Positions 37,789 to 46,858 of a DNA stretch of 64,000 bases are shown here, one piece after another. The notes beneath the pieces were generated by a model. The model did not search any database. It saw only the letters and a program-made list of their open reading frames with translations, and had not been told where the DNA came from. Numbering within the stretch: position 1 is the stretch's first letter; every line of letters starts with the position of its first letter. The translations under genes and the position numbers were made by a program. The DNA comes from a virus (Duplodnaviria; Caudoviricetes), in the IMG/VR virus record IMGVR_UViG_2786546475_000043, positions 1,534 through 65,533 of that record. One strand, given 5' to 3'.

Positions 37789-37797
37789 TGGTACAGT
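37789..37797 (+). promoter_or_regulatory. Extended -10 TGG-TACAGT, leaderless start at 37804
   Basis: 6 nt to ATG. Confidence 0.6.
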
Positions 37798-37803
37798 CTC
37801 AGC

Positions 37804-38001
37804 ATGGACAACGATGGAGTTTCACCCGAGGGGGTCATCGAAGACCTCGCTGAACAAAACAAGCGCCTAACTATAGATTGTGCCATATTGCGTACAGCTG
37901 TCAAGCAACTACGGGCCGAACTCGCATTACTGCAGGAACCGCCGGGAATACCACCACAGATAGAGGGCCAACAGGTCCTTGATGGTGACGACACGGACTA
38001 G
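37804..38001 (+). CDS. Small coiled-coil protein
   Basis: Heptad LAEQNKRLTIDCAILRTAVKQL; extended -10 box 6 nt upstream. Confidence 0.65.
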   Translation: MDNDGVSPEGVIEDLAEQNKRLTIDCAILRTAVKQLRAELALLQEPPGIPPQIEGQQVLDGDDTD

Positions 38002-38006
38002 CTGCA

Positions 38007-38447
38007 ATGGACAGAATTTGTTATTGCCCTTCCGAGGAGGAGATCAAGCAAGCTGAGGAGCTTGCTGAACCCTGGGGCATTCCTATCCAAATTGGGGATA
38101 GCGAAAAAACCAGCGTTCTGGAGTTCGACAGATCTCTGACACAAATCCTCCAAGTCCCAACTAGGCAGTACCTGCATCTCAGTTCTGCCAATCTAAGAGT
38201 CAACAATGCCCTCCTGGTGCTCTACAAGGACGAGTTCGAGGGGACAGAGGGCTGTTGGGCCGAGATCCACCTGATGACAAACGTTCCCCACACGGGAAAC
38301 GTTTTCGAGAAGATACTGCCCACACCCACTGCAAACGGATACACGAAGAATTTTCGTATCCGTCCCAGGTACATCGGCGATTACGAACTTCGAATCGTTG
38401 ACACAGACGGCGTTATCGCTACTGACAACTTTACAGTCAGAAGATAG
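38007..38447 (+). CDS. Hypothetical protein
   Basis: 146-aa ORF inside the operon; beta-rich C-terminus. Confidence 0.65.
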   Translation: MDRICYCPSEEEIKQAEELAEPWGIPIQIGDSEKTSVLEFDRSLTQILQVPTRQYLHLSSANLRVNNALLVLYKDEFEGTEGCWAEIHLMTNVPHTGNVFEKILPTPTANGYTKNFRIRPRYIGDYELRIVDTDGVIATDNFTVRR

Positions 38448-38452
38448 CCCTT

Positions 38453-39127
38453 ATGTCGTCTACTCACGACATGAGTGACCTGGTCAACACCGACCCTCGG
38501 GCTGCCTTGAACTTGTTTCGAAAGGCCAGGGAATCCCTCGAAGAGGATCCGTTTCCGTATGAGGAACCAATCCCATTTGTCCATCTTTACCATGGCGGGT
38601 TCGATGGGCAGGCCCTCATCGACGCGTTCGAGGCCACAGGCGAGTGGCGTCAAGCAATGACCGGTGGTGGCGACAAGGGACGGGTTGGCGAACACAGAGA
38701 TTCCAGAACAATTAGTTTGAATATACCTTTGAACCAGAAAAGTGACACCTTAAGTGACGTTCAGAAGGCAGGATTGCCAGTCCTGTATGCCGCAGAACGC
38801 GCTGTCTGGGATTACCGAGAGACCTATGACCTTCATCTGGATGAACAACAGGGCTGGATAATAAACAAATATGGACACGGGGGAAACTACTTACCGCATA
38901 CAGATCACGGCCCCTCATCCCCAAGGCTACTTTCAGCTGTTGTTTATCTAAACACCATTAGTGACGAAGGTAAAACGTTCTTCTTGGAATGGGACTGGCG
39001 AGCTTCCTGTGTCGAGGGGGACATTCTGCTATTTCCATCGAGTTACCCCTGGAAACATGAAGCTGAACCGGTGGGACTTAACGATCCTACGCAAGTGAAG
39101 TACTCAATGGTTACTTGGTTCGTATGA
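38453..39127 (+). CDS. 2OG-Fe(II) oxygenase, prolyl 4-hydroxylase-like
   Basis: YLPHTD, SAVVYLN, FPSSYPWKHEAEPV..KYS. Confidence 0.9.
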   Translation: MSSTHDMSDLVNTDPRAALNLFRKARESLEEDPFPYEEPIPFVHLYHGGFDGQALIDAFEATGEWRQAMTGGGDKGRVGEHRDSRTISLNIPLNQKSDTLSDVQKAGLPVLYAAERAVWDYRETYDLHLDEQQGWIINKYGHGGNYLPHTDHGPSSPRLLSAVVYLNTISDEGKTFFLEWDWRASCVEGDILLFPSSYPWKHEAEPVGLNDPTQVKYSMVTWFV

Positions 39128-39759
39128 TTGAACACATTGATAACCCAATTCCTGGTGTTTCAATCTATTCCGTCGAAAGAGATGAGGATCTAATCGAACC
39201 TGCTGGTTTGGTTCGGGACTACCTAACTAGCCGCAACACGAAGGATGTTCTTCTGTTCCCCATGGGGGAATTCGTAGAGATTTACGAGGAAGAAGCCAAT
39301 CGCACATGGCCTCATCTCCCCTTCTTTCCCAACCTGGTTGGGGATGCCAACTATGCCGACACCTTCTGGTCGCCCGTGGTGGGGATCGAAAAAGCGCAAC
39401 AGTCACGTTTGGTACATATCGCCATGAGGTTCAAGGTTCTCAATGCGGTTATAGAAGAGTGCATCGCTGACTACAGAACATTTTACGACATAAAGTGGGA
39501 AAGATCTACGCGATGTGAAGTTATCAAGATACGCGGTAAGCAATTTTCTGCCTCCCTCACAGTTCATGAAACAAAGTCAAGTACAACAACCTTTATAGCT
39601 CTAACTGATCTCATTGTACGACTCACAAGATTTGATACGGAGTTCCCTATCGCTGAGGGGCAGGTATTTGTTGCCCCTATCCAGTTTCCCTACGATCTTC
39701 AAGTCAAGCCACCGGAATCGAACATTGCCTATTTCCTCACCAAGTCCCTGTATCCATGA
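39124..39759 (+). CDS. Probable inactive 2OG oxygenase paralog
   Basis: DYRTFYD and EGQVFVAPIQFPY align with the upstream oxygenase; HxD and the distal His are absent. Confidence 0.5.
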   Translation: MIEHIDNPIPGVSIYSVERDEDLIEPAGLVRDYLTSRNTKDVLLFPMGEFVEIYEEEANRTWPHLPFFPNLVGDANYADTFWSPVVGIEKAQQSRLVHIAMRFKVLNAVIEECIADYRTFYDIKWERSTRCEVIKIRGKQFSASLTVHETKSSTTTFIALTDLIVRLTRFDTEFPIAEGQVFVAPIQFPYDLQVKPPESNIAYFLTKSLYP

Positions 39760-41294
39760 AGAAGAACTTAGTTATTGTCGGTTCCGGCCAATCTGGCCTC
39801 ATTGCGGCTCTCCTGGTTAAGTCGATCCTTCCCGAGTATGCGAACATAACCGTAATCTCATCCTCAGACATTCCCCCAATAGCTGTCGGCGAGGGTAGTA
39901 CGGAACATTGGAATGAATTCGAAAAGATTGTGGGATTGGTACGGAGAGAAACGATTAGGCAATGTGACGCAACTTTCAAATATGGCATACGGTTTATGGA
40001 TTGGACTCACCATACGCCGGACTACATGCATAGCATCGGCGGTGATGGGCTGTACGCGGACCATTTCAACGTCCTTTACAACTATGTCAACAGCTCAGAT
40101 CACTTATTAACCTCAGTCCTTCTGCCGGTGGGGCTGACTGAAGGCCTGGTCAAACATGAAGAGGATGACCACATGCTTCATCAGGTTAACCAACTTCATT
40201 TCGATACCCATAAGCTAAATAACTACCTAAGGGATCGATGCGTCAAACTCGAAATTGAGTTTGTAGATGCAAAAGTTCAAGGTCTAGAACGAGATTCTCA
40301 TACCGGAGACATTGCGAAACTGGTTACTTCGGCTGGCAACTATCCAGCCGACTTTGTAATAGATGCCAGTGGGTTCAGCAGAACTGTGCTCAGTTTGTTG
40401 GGAGATGTCCACTGCACGACGTTTGATGATGTCCTTCCCTGTGATACTGCTCTCGTTTTTCGAACCCCTTCGGAGTCCAATAGCATTCTGAAGCCCTACA
40501 CCTCGGCCAGGGCTCTTTCGTCTGGATGGCTTTGGGAAATTCCAACCTACCGTTGTCGTGGAAACGGGTATGTCTTTTCATCAGATTACATAACCGAATC
40601 TCAAGCTCTCGAGGAAGTAGAAACTACTTTAGGGATTGAGGTTCCCGATGCCAACCTAATTGAATTTCGTCCACATTACGTTACAAATTCTTGGCAATCC
40701 AACTGCGTGGCGGTAGGGCTGGCGTCCAATTTTCTGGAACCCCTGGAGGCGACATCCATCGCAGCCACCATTAACCAGGTAAGGCTACTTTGTTCGAACT
40801 TGCCCGCCTATAAACCCAACTCGAGCGTCTTGCAAAACAGCTACCTGAAAACCTTCAGATCTATGGTTGATAATATGCTGGCCATGGTGGCGATGCACTA
40901 TGTCAGCGATCGTGCCGATTCTCCAATGTGGCTTGAGCAGCAAAGCCGTCCTAAACCAGATCTCCTCCAACACCTCATCGGAATCATGAAATATCGAGGA
41001 CCTGAGGATCACGATATTCCTCATACCGGTTTTGAGTTGTTCCGCGCAGGACATTTTTGGCACGTCGGACAAGGACAGGGTTTGATTGACCGGGAGAATA
41101 GTAGGGTTGCACTCATGGCTCGCCTACAAGAAGATAATGCAGCAGACCGGGTCAGGACGATCGTCACCCAGCAGGGAGCGAAGGGTTCTCTCGACCATCG
41201 TAGGGTTCTTGAGCTGGCAAGGGAAGACTTGCCGGTCACTCACTATCCCGACTGGAAATTTGGCGAATACCAAATAGAGAGGCTAGATGTCTGA
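39756..41294 (+). CDS. Flavin-dependent halogenase (tryptophan halogenase PrnA/RebH family)
   Basis: IVGSGQSG, VGEGST, ATFKYGI (catalytic Lys), WLWEIP, GLASNFLEPLEATSI. Confidence 0.92.
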   Translation: MKKNLVIVGSGQSGLIAALLVKSILPEYANITVISSSDIPPIAVGEGSTEHWNEFEKIVGLVRRETIRQCDATFKYGIRFMDWTHHTPDYMHSIGGDGLYADHFNVLYNYVNSSDHLLTSVLLPVGLTEGLVKHEEDDHMLHQVNQLHFDTHKLNNYLRDRCVKLEIEFVDAKVQGLERDSHTGDIAKLVTSAGNYPADFVIDASGFSRTVLSLLGDVHCTTFDDVLPCDTALVFRTPSESNSILKPYTSARALSSGWLWEIPTYRCRGNGYVFSSDYITESQALEEVETTLGIEVPDANLIEFRPHYVTNSWQSNCVAVGLASNFLEPLEATSIAATINQVRLLCSNLPAYKPNSSVLQNSYLKTFRSMVDNMLAMVAMHYVSDRADSPMWLEQQSRPKPDLLQHLIGIMKYRGPEDHDIPHTGFELFRAGHFWHVGQGQGLIDRENSRVALMARLQEDNAADRVRTIVTQQGAKGSLDHRRVLELAREDLPVTHYPDWKFGEYQIERLDV

Positions 41295-42075
41295 AATGAT
41301 GGAACACCATTTCCCGGTCGGTAGGTCAAATCACGTTATGGTGTTTGACAACTACCTTGATCCAGACGTGTGTGATGAGGCCGTTGAATTGTTCAAGGTC
41401 CACTATTCGCGTCTGTTCACCCCAGGACCAACCTTTAGTGGAGTGACCCCTGGGGTCAAGCTGAGCCAGGATGCTGCAATCGACCCCAACTCTCTAGCGG
41501 ATTTGGGCCTGGAGGGATCAGGCTTAACGGTGCTTCGAAACCAAGCTGAAACGGCCATACATATTGCAGTCCAAAGGTACATTCAGGAATACCGCACACT
41601 TTGGTCCTGGCCGGGGATAGGCGAATCTGGTTTTCGGGTTCAGCACTATCATCGAGGACATGGTTTTTACCGACAACATTGCGACCATTTACCGTGGGAA
41701 GGTCACCCTTCGCACTCCGCTGTTGCGCGAGTGCTCGCTACCATCACCTACCTCAACACCATCGAAGTTGGGGGAGCTACCCGCCTGGTCGAGCAGGAAG
41801 CCGATGTCCAGCCGGTAACGGGGAGAATATTGATCTTCCCAGCCACCTGGACCCACCCCCACATGGGGCTACTTCCGGTCTCCTCGGACAAATGGATTCT
41901 AAGTAGCTTTATCCATTGTGCAATAGAGGAGTACCACGAGGACTTCCAGTCGGAAACGTGGATTACACCTCTCAAGGACGGCGTGGAGGTTGGTGAGGCA
42001 ACTGAGTTGCTCAAAGAGGAGTTGCTCACAGAAGAGGCTACCGAGGACACAGAAGAGGCTACCGAGGACGAATGA
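41287..42075 (+). CDS. 2OG-Fe(II) oxygenase, prolyl 4-hydroxylase-like
   Basis: YRQHCD, TYLNTIEVGGAT, FPATWTHPH..KW. Confidence 0.9.
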   Translation: MSEMMEHHFPVGRSNHVMVFDNYLDPDVCDEAVELFKVHYSRLFTPGPTFSGVTPGVKLSQDAAIDPNSLADLGLEGSGLTVLRNQAETAIHIAVQRYIQEYRTLWSWPGIGESGFRVQHYHRGHGFYRQHCDHLPWEGHPSHSAVARVLATITYLNTIEVGGATRLVEQEADVQPVTGRILIFPATWTHPHMGLLPVSSDKWILSSFIHCAIEEYHEDFQSETWITPLKDGVEVGEATELLKEELLTEEATEDTEEATEDE

Positions 42076-42107
42076 TACAATTAGAAAGATTGTGACCTGG
42101 AGGAATT

Positions 42108-42257
42108 ATGCCCACGACTCCCGATAAATGGAATGCTGAGAGCGAACGCTACGAAGGCCACGACTACGAAGAGTCGGGCAACCTTGTGTTCTGCATGATG
42201 TGGGACACGCCTCCAATGACCATAGATGACCCAATTCTTAATCCACTGGAGGATTAA
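42108..42257 (+). CDS. 49-aa peptide (triad member); missing from the ORF track
   Basis: GGAGG SD; MPTTPDKWNAESERYEGHDYEESGNLVFCMMWDTPPMTIDDPILNPLED*; -10 box TACAAT at 42076. Confidence 0.7.
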   Translation: MPTTPDKWNAESERYEGHDYEESGNLVFCMMWDTPPMTIDDPILNPLED

Positions 42258-42260
42258 GTT

Positions 42261-42560
42261 GTGGCTTACGACATCGACGCCGACTACCAATACCTCTGCA
42301 CCCATCTAGCCCTACTGATTGCGTCCGTTGGGGGAGACGACGAGACCGTCGAAACCATGACCCATACAGACTTGCGGCTCTTAATCACGACCCACTACAA
42401 CGATCTCCCCAGCCCGGGCGCTGCCCCATACGGTGGGCGTATGAGTCCTGACGACTGGACCCCTTCCGAAATTGCCTCAAGCAGGATCAGATTCCAAAAA
42501 TACGACAATGCCCGGAAGTTCATCTTCTATCGGGATCTCTTGAAGGCGAGGATGGCCTAA
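42261..42560 (+). CDS. Hypothetical ~100-aa protein (triad member)
   Basis: GTG start with GGAGG; similar to 36733-37038. Confidence 0.75.
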   Translation: MAYDIDADYQYLCTHLALLIASVGGDDETVETMTHTDLRLLITTHYNDLPSPGAAPYGGRMSPDDWTPSEIASSRIRFQKYDNARKFIFYRDLLKARMA

Positions 42561-43261
42561 TGGCATTGCCAACCGCAGTAGACATGCTCAAGGTTGCGGA
42601 AGCCCACGGGAACGCGGCCCACTACGCCAGTATCGAAGTGGCTACAGAGAAAGCCTTCGCCGAAGCCGTTATCGCCGAGGAACTCGGACTCGGAGCGGAT
42701 CGAAGTACTGAGAGTATCGGCATCCACGATGATATGAATCACTACGCGCACGCCGCTATGTGGTCCGAAGCTTTTGGAACTGTGATGCTGCATTCGCGCA
42801 CCATCCAAGAAATGCTGATTCGAATGGCGAATCCATCAGAACGCCTGGTGATTTCGAATAATCCGTATTTCCTACTGAAGCTCGGTATTGGCAATGTGAC
42901 CATTGCTAACAGTATTCACCTTGACTACCTGGAACGACACCACAATATTTCCGGCTTGGAGTACAGCGTTATCTCCATGCAGGACATCGAAGCTGGTAGT
43001 TTCACTACAACGTATGACATGGCTATTGTTGGTATGCCCCTGGTTAGACACGACTTCGGGTTGATAGACACGATCTACGGTCAGCTACCTAATGGTGGGT
43101 CAGTTATCCTTACCAGCAGCAATGACCACGGGAAGCTGTTTCACTTCAACAACGCCCATGACTATTCTGCGGTATATGAACATCTTAAAACTTTGACAGG
43201 GGCTCACTTGTACCATATACCTGGAGGCCTCGGGATCTCACTCCTCACCAAGACCGTTTGA
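42560..43261 (+). CDS. Class I methyltransferase-fold-like protein lacking motif I
   Basis: MQDIEAGSFTTTYDMAIV, QLPNGGSV, YHIPGGLGISLL. Confidence 0.55.
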   Translation: MALPTAVDMLKVAEAHGNAAHYASIEVATEKAFAEAVIAEELGLGADRSTESIGIHDDMNHYAHAAMWSEAFGTVMLHSRTIQEMLIRMANPSERLVISNNPYFLLKLGIGNVTIANSIHLDYLERHHNISGLEYSVISMQDIEAGSFTTTYDMAIVGMPLVRHDFGLIDTIYGQLPNGGSVILTSSNDHGKLFHFNNAHDYSAVYEHLKTLTGAHLYHIPGGLGISLLTKTV

Positions 43262-43266
43262 TCCCG

Positions 43267-43272
43267 TAAGAT
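43267..43272 (+). promoter_or_regulatory. -10 box TAAGAT, leaderless start at 43279
   Basis: 6 nt to ATG. Confidence 0.55.
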
Positions 43273-43278
43273 CCCAAT

Positions 43279-44121
43279 ATGGAATTCAGGATTTCGGGTA
43301 AAGACCTATTACATGACGATGCTCGCATTATCTCGGATATTGAAGTCGAACCTGGACACATACTCCTAGCTCCTCACGACAATTCTTTGTTCCACCCAAC
43401 CATTACCCCGCTTGACAATCTGAAAACCTGGCCCCCGTGGCGCAGAGAAGTGTTCGCTGGATTGAAGGCCTGTCAGGGAAACTCTGATTACATATCGCTG
43501 GGGGGCACCTGGAGACTGCATGGCGACGTGAGGTTTCGTCCTTCAGCAGACATGACCCAGTGGGAATCACGGATAGACCTTGATCCTCCCCCGGGTGACC
43601 AGCATCCCGATCTCTTCAAGACTGACATTTTTCCTTACGGAGCTTCCGGCCCCAGCTGTCCCTTCAATAAAGACAGAGCTCTGCCTGAATCTAACCAGTG
43701 TAAGGTTGTTAATCCTTGGATAATTAAGACTGCTCCTGGTTGGTCCACCATCCTCATTCCAAACCTTATGGAGCCGTCAAGGGACTGGAGTCTTATTCCC
43801 GGGGTAGTCAATACCGACTACTACCACCACATGCATTGGGTTTTCAACATCTACACCGACGAAGAATTCGTCCTTCGAGCTGGAACCCGCGTAGGACAAT
43901 TCATCACTTTCCCGCGCAACCATCAACACGTCGAATTTGCTTCGCCAAAAGTTGCCTCCATGCTTGAAACTCTTGGCTTTGATTCTCCAATTGGCCACCC
44001 TATAGACAAAAAGGGGGCCTATCGCAGGGAACACCGCAAGGCTGATCGCGTGAAACCGACGGTAGAAGCGCCCAAAGAGTCCATGCTGAATAGGATTCGG
44101 GAATGGCTGATCGGTACCTGA
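43279..44121 (+). CDS. Hypothetical protein, DUF6065 / dUTPase-like fold suspected
   Basis: KVVNPWIIKTAPGWSTIL, IPGVVNTDYY, LRAGTRVGQFI. Confidence 0.5.
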   Translation: MEFRISGKDLLHDDARIISDIEVEPGHILLAPHDNSLFHPTITPLDNLKTWPPWRREVFAGLKACQGNSDYISLGGTWRLHGDVRFRPSADMTQWESRIDLDPPPGDQHPDLFKTDIFPYGASGPSCPFNKDRALPESNQCKVVNPWIIKTAPGWSTILIPNLMEPSRDWSLIPGVVNTDYYHHMHWVFNIYTDEEFVLRAGTRVGQFITFPRNHQHVEFASPKVASMLETLGFDSPIGHPIDKKGAYRREHRKADRVKPTVEAPKESMLNRIREWLIGT

Positions 44122-44203
44122 ACGCTCAGAACCACCAGGAGCAGTAAGGTATCACTGGTAATATGTAGGAGAGTGTGAACAACTCCGGGAAGGACCCTGA
44201 CAA

Positions 44204-44545
44204 ATGGCTCTAACTCAAACCAGGTTGGCTGGGCCCGCCGTTATCTCCAATTCAGGAACATACGGTACTTCACAGTACGTTGTCCCTGCAGCGACTTCTG
44301 CGATCGTCAAACAGATCGTGCTCTCGAACATCACTGCGTCTGCCCAGACGGTCACCATCACCCTGCTTCCTAATGCTGGAAGTCTCGCAGACACCATGAT
44401 CCTGTTCAAGGATCTGGCGTTGACGGAAAAAGAAACTACCTTTCTTAACATGTCCCTAGTTATGAATACCGGAGATACGTTATACGCACTGTGCGGAGCC
44501 GCCAGTTCGTGCAACATCACTGCGTCCGGAATCCAGGTAACGTAA
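44204..44545 (+). CDS. Virion structural protein
   Basis: YVVPAATSAIVKQIVLSN..LVMNTGDTL, typical of small phage structural proteins. Confidence 0.6.
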   Translation: MALTQTRLAGPAVISNSGTYGTSQYVVPAATSAIVKQIVLSNITASAQTVTITLLPNAGSLADTMILFKDLALTEKETTFLNMSLVMNTGDTLYALCGAASSCNITASGIQVT

Positions 44546-45237
44546 TGGCCTGGGGTAGAACCCGGGTCAATTCTCCCGGTCTCCTCGCCAGTTTCCTCGA
44601 CTCACCGGATGACATTTACGGTTCGGGAGCAGATGATTCTGTCACCATCTCCGGCAACACAACGCTGTCCAGTGACATGTTCTATTACGACCTTACGGTT
44701 AATGCCAATATCACCCTGAACACGGGTGGCTATCGGGTATTCGTAAAGAATGTCCTAACGATGGGGTCATCTGCTGTAATTGGACTTCCTGGCGGATCTG
44801 TTGCGACGGGAACCCTCAAGGGTGGCGGTGCCGCGTCAGCAAATACCACAAACAGTCTGGGGGGCAATGGCGCAAGCGCTACCGCAACTCAGATTACTGC
44901 AGCAGCTGGTGGGGCAGCATATTACAGGCACCCCTCACAGGCCGTCAGGGGTTACAACGTCACCGCATCAGCTACAACTCCGACCTATCTTGAAGGTGGT
45001 GCTGGTGGTACCGGCGTAGGTGGAGGAGTAGTTATCGTCTGTGCCCGCTACATCTCTACCAGCGCAGCGTGCACCGTTTCCGCAACCGGTGGGGCCGCTG
45101 CTGGAGGCGGGGTCGTTATCTTTGTTTCGTCCAATGATGAAACCATATTCAATACCCAAACCCACTTGACACTAGACGTTGCTAAGGGTGCGGGCGGTGG
45201 CACCGACGGGACAGCCATTTATCTCGAGGTGGACTGA
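44545..45237 (+). CDS. Gly-rich fibre/adhesin-like structural protein
   Basis: DMFYYDLTVN..TGGYRVFV, GGGVVIVCA; TAATG coupling. Confidence 0.65.
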   Translation: MAWGRTRVNSPGLLASFLDSPDDIYGSGADDSVTISGNTTLSSDMFYYDLTVNANITLNTGGYRVFVKNVLTMGSSAVIGLPGGSVATGTLKGGGAASANTTNSLGGNGASATATQITAAAGGAAYYRHPSQAVRGYNVTASATTPTYLEGGAGGTGVGGGVVIVCARYISTSAACTVSATGGAAAGGGVVIFVSSNDETIFNTQTHLTLDVAKGAGGGTDGTAIYLEVD

Positions 45238-46844
45238 TGCCGATTATTCGTCATAATCACCCAATCCAGCAGAGACTTGGCAACAACATCATTTATGGTG
45301 AGGGCCAAGACGCCACTGTGGTAATTACCACAACGGTTTTCCTGACCAAGGACATGTACTACCAGAATCTCACCATTAATAGCGGTGGAACCCTGTTCAC
45401 CAACGGATTCAGGGTATTTGTTGCCGGAAACCTCGTAGTCAACTCTGGGGGCGTCATCGGAATGCCAGCTGAAATTCCTTCAACGGTCTCGGTTGGAACC
45501 GTCTATGGGCGTGGTGCCGACGGGTCCTCCCCCAAAACCTATGTAATCGGGGACTCCGCAGCCGGTACCCAGGTTCCGACAGAAATTCTGAACGATCTCG
45601 AAAACATTGTCCAGGGTTGGAACTGGAGCGTTATCGACGGATTCAAACGCATGGAGGGTGCTGACGACGGTGACGATGGAGCGGATACACCCGGAAGCCC
45701 GGGTGGTGCGGGCGGCGGGGGCAATGCGGGCAACCCTGGCGGAAACGCACCAGCCGGAGCAAATCCATCAGACCCACTCGGCAATCCTGGCACGGCTGGC
45801 AACCCTGGCAATCCTGGCACGGCTGGCAACCCTGGGGCAACTGGCCCTGGCGGTGCAGGCGGTATCGGAGGCGGTCTAGTTCTGGTAGTCGCAAAAAACA
45901 TTTCTGGAACCGGTTCGATTGTGAGCCAAGGCGGAGCGGGAACAGCGGGCACCACGGGTGCGTCTGGTAATCCGGGCGCAGGTGGCAATCCCGGTACGGG
46001 TGGCGGAGCCGGAAATCCTTCCCCCACTATTCCCGGAGACTCCCATGGTGCACACGGGGGAAACCCAATTCCGGGCGATCCGCCTTCAGATGCTGATGCA
46101 CCGGCACATTCGAAATCTCAGTCGGATCCCAACCCATTTCATGCCCATGCCTCTCATGCGGATGCAAAACCTCACTCCAATACGGATGCCAAGACGAACC
46201 CAGGACCGGCCAACACTGGTACACCGACTAGCTCGGATGCTGGAAGTAAAGAGATTCCCGGAGACCCAGTTCCGTGTGAGGTAAATACCCCTGGATACCA
46301 TTTCCCTGGAGGTCCTGGAAATGGTGCTGGCTACATTCCGCCTTTTTATATTCCCGGGCCTCCCACACATTCCCACTGCCCTGGTGCCCCAGAACCACAT
46401 GCATACGGCGACGGCTCAGATCCTCAGGCGACTGCCAACTCAGATCAAGATCCCATTCCCGGAACACAGCACTCGGATCCATTACCCACGGGAGGCGGCA
46501 ATGCAGATCCTCAACCCCTTCCAGATAACAACCAATCGGATCCCGCACATACTCCGGTTCCGCCAGCCGGGAATCCCAAGACTGGGGATCCGGTTGCCGA
46601 TCCGCCCACACCGTCCAGTAATCCGTACTCAGGGCCGGGTGGGAATCCGCCCTATACCAACCCTGGTGGAACCTCTGGTGGAGTGGGCTCAGGCGGTGCG
46701 GCGGGTGCGGCAGGTACCGGTGGCACCGGAGCCACTGGAAGTACTGGCGGCCTAGGCGGCATTATCGTCATCACTGATAGCGCTTCCCCGCTGAGCACGA
46801 CCCAAGTCAGTGCGACTTACTCACATCTCCAACTTTCTACTTGA
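45237..46844 (+). CDS. Gly-rich collagen/polyglycine-like protein with a Pro/His/Asp-rich insert
   Basis: Paralog of the upstream gene; G-x-x runs with GNP; ~210-aa insert rich in SDP and His. Confidence 0.75.
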   Translation: MPIIRHNHPIQQRLGNNIIYGEGQDATVVITTTVFLTKDMYYQNLTINSGGTLFTNGFRVFVAGNLVVNSGGVIGMPAEIPSTVSVGTVYGRGADGSSPKTYVIGDSAAGTQVPTEILNDLENIVQGWNWSVIDGFKRMEGADDGDDGADTPGSPGGAGGGGNAGNPGGNAPAGANPSDPLGNPGTAGNPGNPGTAGNPGATGPGGAGGIGGGLVLVVAKNISGTGSIVSQGGAGTAGTTGASGNPGAGGNPGTGGGAGNPSPTIPGDSHGAHGGNPIPGDPPSDADAPAHSKSQSDPNPFHAHASHADAKPHSNTDAKTNPGPANTGTPTSSDAGSKEIPGDPVPCEVNTPGYHFPGGPGNGAGYIPPFYIPGPPTHSHCPGAPEPHAYGDGSDPQATANSDQDPIPGTQHSDPLPTGGGNADPQPLPDNNQSDPAHTPVPPAGNPKTGDPVADPPTPSSNPYSGPGGNPPYTNPGGTSGGVGSGGAAGAAGTGGTGATGSTGGLGGIIVITDSASPLSTTQVSATYSHLQLST

Positions 46845-46846
46845 TG

Positions 46847-46852
46847 TAAAAT
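46847..46852 (+). promoter_or_regulatory. -10 box TAAAAT, leaderless start at 46859
   Basis: 6 nt to ATG; no SD. Confidence 0.6.
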
Positions 46853-46858
46853 ATTCAC

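Noticed and set aside
25878-42075. Oxygenases as TET/JBP or AlkB DNA-base modifiers
   Set aside because: The motifs look P4H/PKHD-like and no partner nucleotide-modification genes are visible. Not formally excluded without HMM searches.
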